The notes beneath the pieces are model-generated. The model made no database searches, had not been told where the DNA came from, and saw only the letters and a program-made list of their open reading frames with translations. A stretch of 25,849 nt of DNA from NCBI GenBank assembly GCA_015489555.1, contig WFZN01000028.1, positions 1 through 25,849 on the forward strand, given 5' to 3'. Position numbers and translations under genes: made by a program. Origin of the DNA: Candidatus Dojkabacteria bacterium. Lineage in GTDB: Bacteria; Patescibacteriota; Dojkabacteria; GCA-002793355. Positions 17,101-25,731 of this stretch are shown here, in pieces. The number at the start of each line of letters is the position of its first letter. Positions within the stretch are counted from its first letter, which is position 1.

Positions 17101-17991
17101 ATTACTGCTGGTTTGCCATTATTAACGGAGTATTTAGAGATGCGATCTCCTAAGAACCCTGCAGTTTTGTCACCAATAAGTGGGGTTGTGCACATAAAAG
17201 ATGGAAAAGCTTATGTAACGGGTACTAAAAATGTGAAAGCATATTACGTAGTTACGGATGATTATGAAGTGAAGGCTACAGATGCTGCAGCTGTGTCTAA
17301 AGGAGATGTATTGTTAGTTCACAAAGAGACCGGTGACAAGGTGGTAGCGCCTTTCGGAGGGAAAATAGAGATGATAGGTAAGGTTCTATTCGTGAAGGGG
17401 AGCGTAGAGAGCATGATGCAGGTGCGTGTACCAGAAGGCCAAAAGCTTATTGTTGAAGATGGTCAACAGATAGAGGCTGGTGATGCATTAACTAGTGGTA
17501 GGGTTGATCTAAAACAGCTTGCCTTGTATAAATCACATCAATATGTGCAAGAGTTCTTGTTAGACAGAATACAGAGGATATTTGCGGATTTCCATGTTGA
17601 GGTTAAGGATATACACCTTGAGGTTATCATTAGGCAGCTAGCAAGTTTGGCTAAGATAATACATCCAGGTGATACTGGGCTTATACCGGGGGCATTAAGA
17701 GATAGGCACCTGTTGCGAGTGCGGAATTCGTTGTTAGAGAAAGAGCAAAAGAATCCAATTGTATATCAGCCGATTATGATGGGATTAACATCACTTGCCC
17801 TTCATGTTGACAGTGTGTTGGCTGCTGCATCGTTCCAGGAGCAACCTAAGGTGTTAACAGAGGCTGCCTTGCTAGGTAAAGTGGATTATCTACGTGGCTT
17901 AAAGGAGAATGTTATTATTGGTCACCTGGTTCCGCTTAATGAGAATGCTATAATCGAAGACGTTACTAAGTTAGATGAGATGTATGAGTAG
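14113..17991 (+). CDS. rpoC: RNA polymerase beta' subunit
   Basis: N-terminal Zn finger (ECYCGKY..CDQCGVE), NADFDGD catalytic motif at 15724-15744, [18 protein letters not shown] and GLKENVIIG. Confidence 0.98.
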   Translation: MLKEKIRYLKFLLASPEDILNWSYGEVLTPETVNYRTQRPEPRGLMCEQIFGPVNDYECYCGKYKGRRFAGIICDQCGVEVTTSKVRRQRMGHITLAAPVVHLWYAYGTPNKLAILLDIPYRKLMGIIYYTLYVVTQVDDKKRESVLAKIKELKESAIKQIEDDFKEREVKLAAEIESLKEELKKVKKPSEGIKLQNKVIKLKAKLANLKSEKHDQLEETKEYYDRLYKLTQKLEYKTVLTEPEYRDFADNGLLFFTAQMGADAIKKLLQDIDVEKELANLYVRYNKASSLERQLLERKIKYLEGVKKNNLKLEWMVLEVLPVLPADLRPVIALPGGRFASSDLNDLYRRVINRNNRLKKLMEMGAPEVIIRNERRMLQEAVDALIDNQHRAMRPVTNRSGIPLKSLAEGLRGKRGRFRRNLLGKRVDFSGRGVIVPDTTLRLNEVGLPKDLALEIFKPFVIRRLIEKRHALTIGEARELVEIREPIVYEVLEELLNERIVLLNRAPSLHKYSIQAFYPKLVEGSALRINQTVTPGFNADFDGDTMAVHAVLTEEALEETRTRMLPIHNLIKAASGEPVISFGSDFVVGIYHLTYMRENLTDEEKEVAPKFADIKEAISAHSLGRIGVQDPVWVVVNGKAVLTTPGRLIFNSLFPKEIGFINETVNKKRLNKIVRDVILNYPAEQVETILDELKLIAFHYATRSGFSIGADDLIEVEGLDKIVSEAKEKTALLYQQYESGFITKQQRDEAIVDVWRTAADKVSEIVWEKVPDTNNLKRQVISGAKGNEAQLGQILGIIGVVNDISGSAVPTPVIGSYSRGLSPMEYMIAAKGGRKGMLDTALNTRKAGYLTRKLVEVSQPVIVRYEDCGYDGKGIRIARDQVRELGFGDRLIGRTVTHDVVDPKTGKVLVKKNEMISREIAQRIDKIEEIKEIWVRSPLTCQGYAGVCRKCYGYDLGKYAPVDLGAAVGVLAAQSVSEPATQLTLRTFHSGGVGKDITAGLPLLTEYLEMRSPKNPAVLSPISGVVHIKDGKAYVTGTKNVKAYYVVTDDYEVKATDAAAVSKGDVLLVHKETGDKVVAPFGGKIEMIGKVLFVKGSVESMMQVRVPEGQKLIVEDGQQIEAGDALTSGRVDLKQLALYKSHQYVQEFLLDRIQRIFADFHVEVKDIHLEVIIRQLASLAKIIHPGDTGLIPGALRDRHLLRVRNSLLEKEQKNPIVYQPIMMGLTSLALHVDSVLAAASFQEQPKVLTEAALLGKVDYLRGLKENVIIGHLVPLNENAIIEDVTKLDEMYE

Positions 17992-18035
17992 TTGGTAGTA
18001 GGGCGGGGGCGCGCAGCGCCCCCGCCCACTACCAA
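17992..18035. terminator. Very stable GC-rich hairpin directly after the rpoC stop, without a 3' U-tract (atypical terminator or REP-like unit)
   Basis: TTGGTAGT-a-GGGCGGGGGCGC-gca-GCGCCCCCGCCC-ACTACCAA forms a 20-bp stem with one bulge and is followed by AAAC, not poly-T. Confidence 0.6.
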
Positions 18036-18065
18036 AAACTTAAATATAAGGTAAAATACAAAAGT

Positions 18066-18485
18066 ATGCCTACAATAAACCAGTTAGTTAGAAAAGGGCG
18101 CAAACCTAAAGATTCTAAAAAGTCAAGGCGCCCTGCATTGGCTTATACATTGAATAAGTTAAAGAATATTAAGGTTTTCTCACCAGCTCCTTTTAAGAAA
18201 GGGGTATGTACAAAGGTATATATAATGGCTCCTAAAAAGCCTAACTCGGCACAGCGTAAAGTAGCAAAGGTCAGGTTATCTAATGGAGCTATGGTTATAG
18301 CATATATACCTGGCGAAGGCCATAACCTACAGGAGCACTCTGTAGTATTGGTACAAGGAGGTAGGCGAAGAGACTTACCTGGAGTAAGGTACAAAATAGT
18401 TAGAGGCGTATATGACACTGCAGGAGTTGAAGGGAGAAAAACAGCTAGGTCAAAATATGGTACCCCTAGACCTAAAGATGAATAA
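18066..18485 (+). CDS. rpsL: 30S ribosomal protein S12
   Basis: [43 protein letters not shown] and DLPGVRY motifs. Confidence 0.98.
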   Translation: MPTINQLVRKGRKPKDSKKSRRPALAYTLNKLKNIKVFSPAPFKKGVCTKVYIMAPKKPNSAQRKVAKVRLSNGAMVIAYIPGEGHNLQEHSVVLVQGGRRRDLPGVRYKIVRGVYDTAGVEGRKTARSKYGTPRPKDE

Positions 18486-18506
18486 GTTAGTATTGTAGGA
18501 TAGATT

Positions 18507-18986
18507 ATGCGAGGTAAAAAGGCACCAATTAGAAAACTTGCTAAAGACCCTAAATATAACTCTGAAATTGTTACAAAAGTTATTAATTACGTTATGCGCG
18601 ACGGTAAAAAGAAACTTGCCATGCGTATTGTATACAAAGCAATGGAGGAAGCGGCCTCAAGAGTTGAAAGGGAGAATCCTTTAGAAGTATTATTGCAGGC
18701 TTTATCTAATATAACTCCAAGTGTAGAGGTAAGGCCTCGTAGAATAGGAGGAGCAAACTATCAAGTTCCTGTGCCTGTAGATGAACGCAGGGGTTTGATT
18801 TTAGCGGTTAGGTGGCTAACACAGATCCCAAGAGAAAAACGACGTCAAGTAGGCAAGCCTTATTGGGAGCTTTTAGCAGAAGAAATTGTAAATGCCTATC
18901 AAGGTACTGGAGACGCTGTTAAAAAGCGTGAAATGGTTGAAAGGATGGCTGAGGCAAACAAAGCCTTCGCTCAGTATCGTTATTAG
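18507..18986 (+). CDS. rpsG: 30S ribosomal protein S7
   Basis: DPKYNS, MRDGKK..A, EVRPRRIGGANYQVP and MAEANKAFA motifs. Confidence 0.98.
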   Translation: MRGKKAPIRKLAKDPKYNSEIVTKVINYVMRDGKKKLAMRIVYKAMEEAASRVERENPLEVLLQALSNITPSVEVRPRRIGGANYQVPVPVDERRGLILAVRWLTQIPREKRRQVGKPYWELLAEEIVNAYQGTGDAVKKREMVERMAEANKAFAQYRY

Positions 18987-19008
18987 TTAACTTAAACGGT
19001 TTTGCTTG

Positions 19009-19698
19009 ATGGCAAAGATAGAATTAAAAGCGGGCCTACGGGTTTTAAAGGGTAAAGCTACCAGGAAGTTACGTCGTGATAAATTAATACCAGGAGCGAT
19101 TTCAAGGTATAAAGCAGACACAGTTTTAATACAAGTGCCTTTGGAGGAGGTTTACAAGCTTAAGAAGGCAAGAACTACAGATTTGATTGTGGTTTCTATA
19201 GATGACGCCAAAGAGACATATACCACCCTTCTCACAGAGTTGTTAGTAGATCCTATAACAGAAGAGGTAATATCTTTTACTTTAACGGAAATTACCCCTG
19301 ATTCAAAGATAAAAGTAGAGGTGCCAGTAACAATAGTGGGAGAAGCTCCAATAATTAAAAAGGGGCTTGGCGTGTTGGTTGTTTCTAAGCCTACGTTAAA
19401 ATTGGTTCTAAATTTAAATACACTGATCGAGGATGTAAAGGTAGATATCTCTTCACTAACGGAGGTGGGAGATACTATAGACGTTAAGGACATATTAGCA
19501 AACCTGCCAGAAGGTATAAAACTTGCAAGTTACAATGAGATAAACGACGCGGTAGTTACTATCGTAGCGTTGCAGAAGACCTTGGAGGAAGAGACCGCTT
19601 CCGAAGAGAGTGAAAGCGAGGAGCAGACTACAGAGGGTGAAGCTTCAGAGAGCTCTACAACAGAAACTGAAGGGGCTCAAACTACAAAAGAGGAGTAG
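19009..19698 (+). CDS. rplY: 50S ribosomal protein L25 (Ctc type, with acidic tail; alternative start TTG 19006)
   Basis: R..KGK.TRKLRR..LIPG, VDPIT, VEVPVTIVGEA, VDISSLTEVGDTI.VKD, and a Glu/Ser/Thr-rich tail. Confidence 0.9.
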   Translation: MAKIELKAGLRVLKGKATRKLRRDKLIPGAISRYKADTVLIQVPLEEVYKLKKARTTDLIVVSIDDAKETYTTLLTELLVDPITEEVISFTLTEITPDSKIKVEVPVTIVGEAPIIKKGLGVLVVSKPTLKLVLNLNTLIEDVKVDISSLTEVGDTIDVKDILANLPEGIKLASYNEINDAVVTIVALQKTLEEETASEESESEEQTTEGEASESSTTETEGAQTTKEE

Positions 19699-19768
19699 TT
19701 TTTACTATTTGCTAAGTCTATAGCATTTGAGTATTGGTGGGTTTCACGGATTATGGTTTCATTTTACC

Positions 19769-19777
19769 TGTTACAAT
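19769..19777 (+). promoter_or_regulatory. Extended -10 promoter, leaderless thiI
   Basis: TG-t-TACAAT, 6-nt spacer, ATG at 19784. Confidence 0.65.
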
Positions 19778-19783
19778 ACAAAT

Positions 19784-21001
19784 ATGCATGCGACACTTTA
19801 TACGTTTCGTTATGGAGAGCTTGCCCTAAAACGTAAGCAGCGTTCTTTTTGGGAGTTTATCCTTAAGAATAATATAGAATATGCTTTAAATATTCGAGGT
19901 GTTAATACAGACTTAGTAAGTATTACATTTAGTCAAAAACGTGGGTTTATTATAGTTGCACCTGGTTTTAAAAAAGAGAAGCGCAAGGTTATTGAAGATG
20001 TGCTGGCTAAAACTCCAGGTATTGTTTGGTGGGGACCCGTTATCACAATAGACAAGTACTCTTTGGATACCCAAGATTTAAAAAAGTTGTATAACGCAAT
20101 ATACGACGCTTTAGAGAAACTTATCTTAAAAAAAGAGGTGCTACCTACCCTTAGCGGTATACTCGTTAAAAAGTATTTGGGAAAAATTACTATTTCCAGT
20201 CTAGAGTTAAAATCTTTTTTGTACAAACGGCTTATAAAGAAGTACCAGAAAAAGTATCCAGTAGATAAGAGTTTTAAGGTGCTAATTGCTATAGATAAGC
20301 CAGTGCATATAACATACTATAATAATGGGTTGGGAGGCCTGCCTATAAGCAGTACCGGGAAAGGGCTTGTGCTATTCTCGGGCGGGATCGATAGCCCGGT
20401 TGCAGCTTTTATGGCATTTAAGCGTGGGATCAGAGCCGATTTGCTCCATTTTGCTCCGCCTAACAGCGATATTAAAACAAGCAAGGTATATGCTTTGTTC
20501 AAACAGCTTAGGGAATACAACCCTTATCTTAGATTGTATGCAACTACTGTTCCCAGTTTGGCTAAAATGTTACATAAGGGACAAGTTTACAATTCGGTAG
20601 TTTTATTCAAGAGGTTACTTATAAGGGTGGGGGCTACGCTTGTCAGGAAACTTTTTAAGATCGGTTTTCTGATTACGGGTGACAGTGTAGGACAGGTTGC
20701 TTCACAAACTTTATCTAACCTGCTCGCTCAGGAAAGTGTTTTATGTGAGCGAGAGTTTTCAAGATACGTGTTTATGCTGCGCCCCCTTAGTGGGTTTGAT
20801 AAAAGGGAAATAGTTGGTCTTGCCCGGCAGTTAGGGACATACGAGTTAAGTATTCAAGAGTCACCCGATTGTTGCGAACTTGTATCGCGGGCTGCTAAGA
20901 CCAGTACTGATTTGGAGCGTATGAGAAAACAAGAGTTTGAGGTAGAGGTCGATTCGTTCGTAGAGGAGGCACTTAATAATATAAAGGTAATTAAAGGATG
21001 A
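19784..21001 (+). CDS. thiI: tRNA 4-thiouridine synthase ThiI without rhodanese domain (ORF track starts at 19727; ATG 19784 preferred)
   Basis: RYGELALK, GGLP...GKGLVLFSGGIDSPVA (PP-loop), TGDSVGQVASQTL.NL, RPL.GFDK.EI and DCC motifs. Confidence 0.93.
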   Translation: MHATLYTFRYGELALKRKQRSFWEFILKNNIEYALNIRGVNTDLVSITFSQKRGFIIVAPGFKKEKRKVIEDVLAKTPGIVWWGPVITIDKYSLDTQDLKKLYNAIYDALEKLILKKEVLPTLSGILVKKYLGKITISSLELKSFLYKRLIKKYQKKYPVDKSFKVLIAIDKPVHITYYNNGLGGLPISSTGKGLVLFSGGIDSPVAAFMAFKRGIRADLLHFAPPNSDIKTSKVYALFKQLREYNPYLRLYATTVPSLAKMLHKGQVYNSVVLFKRLLIRVGATLVRKLFKIGFLITGDSVGQVASQTLSNLLAQESVLCEREFSRYVFMLRPLSGFDKREIVGLARQLGTYELSIQESPDCCELVSRAAKTSTDLERMRKQEFEVEVDSFVEEALNNIKVIKG

Positions 21002-21441
21002 CGAACATAGTTGTTGTATTGCTTTCTCTTTTAATGCTTTTTAGCCTCATTATTCTTTTCTTTAAGATCAGGCAGACGTCTCCTATCGAAAGATTGAAGG
21101 ATTTTTATTACCATTTTCTAAGAATAGAATCGGAAGCTCTAAGGGCGTTAAATAAGGAACCGACAGGAAAATTGGTTAGTTTATTCGCACGTTTAGAAAG
21201 TTACCTGTATCAGTTTCTAAAAACGTTGCGTATAACCGGTAATTCGGTTGGGGAGATGTTACGCAGCCAAGCGCTAACCGTATTCTTTACTCCAAAAGAA
21301 ACAGAACTATTACGTAGATTTGTTGAGGTTGCGTTTAAAATACGTCAGAATAGTTACGTTCCTGTAAGAGAGGAAATAGAACTTTTGTACAAGACAACTA
21401 AAATGTTAAAACAAAAATGTGAGAATGCAATCAAAACTTAG
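20998..21441 (+). CDS. Hypothetical protein with N-terminal membrane anchor and helical domain
   Basis: ATGA overlap with the thiI stop; hydrophobic N-terminus IVVVLLSLLMLFSLIILFF. Confidence 0.75.
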   Translation: MTNIVVVLLSLLMLFSLIILFFKIRQTSPIERLKDFYYHFLRIESEALRALNKEPTGKLVSLFARLESYLYQFLKTLRITGNSVGEMLRSQALTVFFTPKETELLRRFVEVAFKIRQNSYVPVREEIELLYKTTKMLKQKCENAIKT

Positions 21442-22477
21442 TCCTAAGCAGCTTGAACAGTTTGAGAAGATAGTTAAGAATTCACTAAAGGTGGCTGTAT
21501 TAGCCCACACATCATTAGATCCGGATGCTTTTGGTAGCGCTTTGGCATTAGCGCGTGTTTTAAACCTAAATTATGGGGTAAACACTCGCTTTTTTACAGA
21601 GGATAGGATTTATAGTAGATGGCAGGTAGCGTTTAAAGATTCTGTAAATAAGTATGTACTAAGCGTGCCCGATGTATACACTGCTCTTAGAGCCTATCAG
21701 CCCACCACGGTATTTGCAGTTGATATAGGGCATTATCATAGATTGACAGGGAATCCGGATTATTCTAGGTTACAGAAATTTATTGAAACTGAAACGAAAT
21801 TCCAAGTCTGTGTGGATCACCATATAGCTAATGAGCCAGAACTTACAGGATTAAATATAATAGCGGATTATACATCTACGGCGGAGTTACTCTTTGATAT
21901 CTTTCATAAGCTAGATTTAGAACACGATACAGAGAGCGCAGAGCTGCTATTGTTTGGGCTTCTTGGGGATTTACGTAGGTTTAGATGGTTAAGGGATAAT
22001 AAGTCTTTCGCAAAGGTAGAAGCCTTGCTAAACATCGGCGCTAATTGGCATAAGGTTTATTCTTTGTCTGATTTTATTTTTGATGACAACGTAAAAGAAA
22101 TTATACTTGAAGCCATAAACAGAATAAGATTCTCTAAATATACAGCTTGGGTGCATATTGATAATAAGTTATATAGCAAAATACAGCATGTTGTAGATCC
22201 TCCAAGGCTTGTACATGACCTCATCGTAGATCTAATATCAAGTAGTAGAAAAGTATTTTTTCTTAGTATGCGAGAAAAGTCAAAAGGTAAAATATACGGT
22301 TCTGTTGGCCCTGCGCTTTTGGGGAGGGGTAGACACAGCGTTGTAGAATTTGCCAAAAAGTTTGGTGGGGGAGGGCATCCGCATCGGGCAGGCTTTAGAG
22401 TTAGAACAAGTGAGTATACTCCTGAGCAAATAGTTGAGCTTTTGGATGAATATGCAGCAAGGGTCCGGAAGAAGTGA
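21425..22477 (+). CDS. nrnA: DHH/DHHA1 phosphoesterase (NrnA-like oligoribonuclease/pAp phosphatase; alternative start GTG 21419)
   Basis: AHTSLDPDAFGS, VDHH, STAEL, GLLGD and FGGGGHPHRAG motifs. Confidence 0.85.
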   Translation: MQSKLSPKQLEQFEKIVKNSLKVAVLAHTSLDPDAFGSALALARVLNLNYGVNTRFFTEDRIYSRWQVAFKDSVNKYVLSVPDVYTALRAYQPTTVFAVDIGHYHRLTGNPDYSRLQKFIETETKFQVCVDHHIANEPELTGLNIIADYTSTAELLFDIFHKLDLEHDTESAELLLFGLLGDLRRFRWLRDNKSFAKVEALLNIGANWHKVYSLSDFIFDDNVKEIILEAINRIRFSKYTAWVHIDNKLYSKIQHVVDPPRLVHDLIVDLISSSRKVFFLSMREKSKGKIYGSVGPALLGRGRHSVVEFAKKFGGGGHPHRAGFRVRTSEYTPEQIVELLDEYAARVRKK

Positions 22478-23861
22478 TGTATTAGCAACTGCGCTAAAGT
22501 TTACTGTAAGCAAAGAGACTTTTAGGCACATTTTGCGTGTTCCCGGAGTTTACATATTTGTTGATAGTAATAATACACCTATTTATGTTGGTAAAGCCAA
22601 AAACCTTTTTAATAGACTAAACAGTTACTTAAACATAGATTTAACACTCTATCCAAAGACAGCTCAAATGTTGCGGCAGGCAAAGTACGTAAAAATAATT
22701 CCAACCTTGTCAGAAGTTGAAGCTTTTATTCTTGAGCAGAACCTAATAAAAACCCTGCAACCCAAATATAATGTAAAACTAAAAGATGATGGTAGTTATC
22801 CTTATGTTGCCATAGAGAAAGTAAACTTAGAAAATAAAACCTTTTATTACAGAGTTTACGTAACCAGAAATAAAAGGCCTAACCAAAATATAAAGTATCT
22901 TGGTCCTTATGTAGAAGCAAATGTAGTTAAAACAGTACTGCGCGCTTTAAGAAGGATTTTTCCGTTCCCTGATTGCTCAAAAACAAAATTTAAAAGATAT
23001 AGTCAACTAAAAAGGCCTTGCTTGTATGGTCAGATTGGGGTGTGTCCTGCACCGTGTGTTAATAGTGGTTCTATGGAGCAAGTTAAGCAAAATGTAAGGC
23101 ATCTTGTGACTTTTTTAGAAAGGGGGCAATCTGAGATAGTACGACGTTTGGATCGCAAGATGCGAAAACTTATAAAAGAGGAAAAATTTGAAGAGGCCCA
23201 AAAATTACGTGATACTCTAATAACTGTAAATCAGCTTTATAATGTAAACATACTTAAACAAGGATACCTAGATTCTCCAGTTTTAATAGAGGAGCTTTAT
23301 ACTGTGCGCGTAAAACAGATTGCCGATTTTTTTAAGATTGAGCTTTTTGAAGGAAATTTAGAAAATTTTCGTATTGACTGTTTTGATATGTCACATTTTT
23401 ATGGTGAATACATGGTGGGGGCGATGGCAGTATCTGTTGGGGGGCGTCTTGAAAAATCTAAATACAGGCGGTTTAAGATTAAGACAGTAGAAATAGCTTC
23501 TGATGTAGATATGGTAAAGGAGACAATCTTTAGAAGGTTAAAACACACCGACTGGGGAGTACCGAACATAATTTTAATTGATGGCGGAAGAACCCAACTT
23601 AAGGCAGCATATAGGGCATTTTTAGAATTTAGCAAAAAATACCCAGTAATAGCAGATAAATATACAACCACCTTGTGGGCAAGTATTGTAAAACCTAATG
23701 ATGATTTTTATGTATTAAACAAATCAACAGGCAGGATTTTATTTAAAAAGGTTAAAGAGCGTAACGTGGGTATTCAACACCTACGTGAATTACGAGATGA
23801 GGCACACAGATACGCACGCTCTTATACACGGCAAAAAGCAGTAAAAGGCTTGGTTAGCTAG
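22452..23861 (+). CDS. uvrC: Excinuclease ABC subunit C lacking the C-terminal HhH domain (start uncertain, 22434-22452)
   Basis: GIY-YIG (PGVYIF..IYVGKA..RL.SY), Cys cluster, UVR domain (EKFEEAQKLRD), RNase H-like endonuclease (FDMSH, LIDGG, RDEAH); the ORF ends just after RDEAHRYA. Confidence 0.93.
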   Translation: MQQGSGRSDVLATALKFTVSKETFRHILRVPGVYIFVDSNNTPIYVGKAKNLFNRLNSYLNIDLTLYPKTAQMLRQAKYVKIIPTLSEVEAFILEQNLIKTLQPKYNVKLKDDGSYPYVAIEKVNLENKTFYYRVYVTRNKRPNQNIKYLGPYVEANVVKTVLRALRRIFPFPDCSKTKFKRYSQLKRPCLYGQIGVCPAPCVNSGSMEQVKQNVRHLVTFLERGQSEIVRRLDRKMRKLIKEEKFEEAQKLRDTLITVNQLYNVNILKQGYLDSPVLIEELYTVRVKQIADFFKIELFEGNLENFRIDCFDMSHFYGEYMVGAMAVSVGGRLEKSKYRRFKIKTVEIASDVDMVKETIFRRLKHTDWGVPNIILIDGGRTQLKAAYRAFLEFSKKYPVIADKYTTTLWASIVKPNDDFYVLNKSTGRILFKKVKERNVGIQHLRELRDEAHRYARSYTRQKAVKGLVS

Positions 23862-23880
23862 ATACCGGTTTTATTGTTTG

Positions 23881-25695
23881 TTAATCTGTGGTTTTGCTTT
23901 TGGGAAAAATCCATTTATAAAATTCTTCTCTTTCTTTCTCTGTCATCATTCTTATAGTGTAGTCTAGGTTTTGTAGAGTAGGAATAATGCGGACTTGTAC
24001 AGGTTTACCGTTTATAAAGTAGATTTGTGGTATTATGCCTTCGCGAGTACCTATCCAAAAAATCTGATCAAACAAAAAGTTTCCAAGACCGTAAAGTATT
24101 ACAGAATCTTTGTAAAGTTTAATCTGTTGGGGTTGATGGGCTTGAGTACCAACAACAAATTTTGCACCTAAATCTGCAATTTTTCTAAAAATTTCCTGTT
24201 GCTTTGGTAATGGTTTATAGCAGGGGGTGTATCGTATGCCACGTTGCTTTGGGTAGGCATAGCACTCTTGGAATTGAATGTGTACAAAGATGTTGTCTAT
24301 GCCTTGGTTTTTTAGATTATTTATGTCGCTTTTTATTTTTTCAAGATTAAACGGGTTTGCTCCAGGATGAGTGCTACCAGCAAGAGCAGTTTGGTTGTTT
24401 AGCATAGTATCAAAGTAGTTGTAACCTAAAAAAGCTACTTTTGTACCATTCGGGAGTGTGGTTATATAGGGTTTTTGGGCATCTTCTAGGTTGTAGCCTC
24501 CACCCAAATGCGCAATATTATGCTTTTTATAAAGGTCAAGAGAGTAGATGTTCCATTTAAAACCTGAGTCATTATTGTGGTTGCCTGTAAGTTCTACAAG
24601 GTTTATACCTAAATCTCGTAATATTACAAAGTGCTCTGGCTTAGAACAAAATCGCATGCCTTTGTAGGAATTACACCCTGGTTTAAATGATACTTCGTTT
24701 GAGGTGTGTATAATGTCAGAGTTTTTGATTAATCGTTTTAAAAAGTTATCGATAATTGTTGTTGGGTTTTCTAGGGTATCAAGTTTTCGCATAAGGCCAC
24801 GTGTTATTGCTGTTACTCCGGTAACGGTTATCTTACTTACGCGAGGTAGGGTATTTGTTAGATCCTCTGATAAGACTTGTATTATGTAACGTGCTGTTTC
24901 TTGTTTTTGGTTGCCTTTTGGATAGGAAAACGTAATTCTTAAACCAAAAGCTCCGTATATCGGTTTTGATTCTGATTCTTTGCTTTTTCCCCTTGCATAA
25001 AGCTCGTCTAGTAAGTACTTGTTTTTTATCGAAAGAAGCTTTTCTTTGTAAGAAAGTTTCTCAAACGGAATTAGTTTTACAGTAAGGTCGTTTTTTTTAC
25101 CGGTTGTACTTGGGTCTTTATATGTGTTAAGTTTATAAAGGGTAGTTACAATATCGTCCCAGAGATTGGAGGATTTTAAAATAAAGTTTGTGCTTTCTGG
25201 CGTTATATTGTCTTTGGGGTTATCTAAAGACGTTACTGGGACCAAAATATAATAGTATTGTTGTTTAAATGCGTTAGTTAGGAGTTTGTCAGCAGGGTTT
25301 TTTGTGGTTTTAGAGAGTGCAATTGTAAGGTCAGCACTTTTGGGGGAATCCGTAAAACGCAAAATATATTTGTTGTTAACGTAATAGTAGGGTTCTTTAA
25401 ATGTTGTTATATTTTGGGTAATAAATGACTTAAGCAGTGTTTGAGCTTCTCTTGAGGCGTCTATATAGATCGTAAATTTAGGAGTAAAGATAAAGGTAAG
25501 TTTATTACTTATCTCTGGGTTTAATCTAATTGCTAATAGTAGGGTACCGATTAGGATTAATATTAGAACAAACAGTTTTTTCAGGAGCGAGATTAGGGGG
25601 TTTGTAGTGCGTAGTGTTGTATTTTCCCCTTTAGTACGGTACTTTGCGCGTTTTGATGTGGGGATGTGAAAACGTATTTTAATTTGGTTATTCAT
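23881..25695 (-). CDS. Membrane-anchored CapA/PGA_cap (metallophosphatase-fold) family protein (ORF-track start 25758 lies inside the tRNA; ATG 25695 preferred)
   Basis: N-terminal TM; C-terminal SNEVSF, LTGNHNND, GTQAHQPQ and YGLGNFLFDQ motifs; TACAAT lies 6 nt before ATG 25695. Confidence 0.85.
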   Translation of the reverse strand: MNNQIKIRFHIPTSKRAKYRTKGENTTLRTTNPLISLLKKLFVLILILIGTLLLAIRLNPEISNKLTFIFTPKFTIYIDASREAQTLLKSFITQNITTFKEPYYYVNNKYILRFTDSPKSADLTIALSKTTKNPADKLLTNAFKQQYYYILVPVTSLDNPKDNITPESTNFILKSSNLWDDIVTTLYKLNTYKDPSTTGKKNDLTVKLIPFEKLSYKEKLLSIKNKYLLDELYARGKSKESESKPIYGAFGLRITFSYPKGNQKQETARYIIQVLSEDLTNTLPRVSKITVTGVTAITRGLMRKLDTLENPTTIIDNFLKRLIKNSDIIHTSNEVSFKPGCNSYKGMRFCSKPEHFVILRDLGINLVELTGNHNNDSGFKWNIYSLDLYKKHNIAHLGGGYNLEDAQKPYITTLPNGTKVAFLGYNYFDTMLNNQTALAGSTHPGANPFNLEKIKSDINNLKNQGIDNIFVHIQFQECYAYPKQRGIRYTPCYKPLPKQQEIFRKIADLGAKFVVGTQAHQPQQIKLYKDSVILYGLGNFLFDQIFWIGTREGIIPQIYFINGKPVQVRIIPTLQNLDYTIRMMTEKEREEFYKWIFPKSKTTD

Positions 25696-25731
25696 TGTTA
25701 TATTGTAACTTGCGCAAGGAGGGAAAAGTCT

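Noticed and set aside
853-24889. Remaining short nested or antisense ORFs of 61-143 aa in the ORF track
   Set aside because: All overlap well-supported genes and show no recognisable motifs or start signals.
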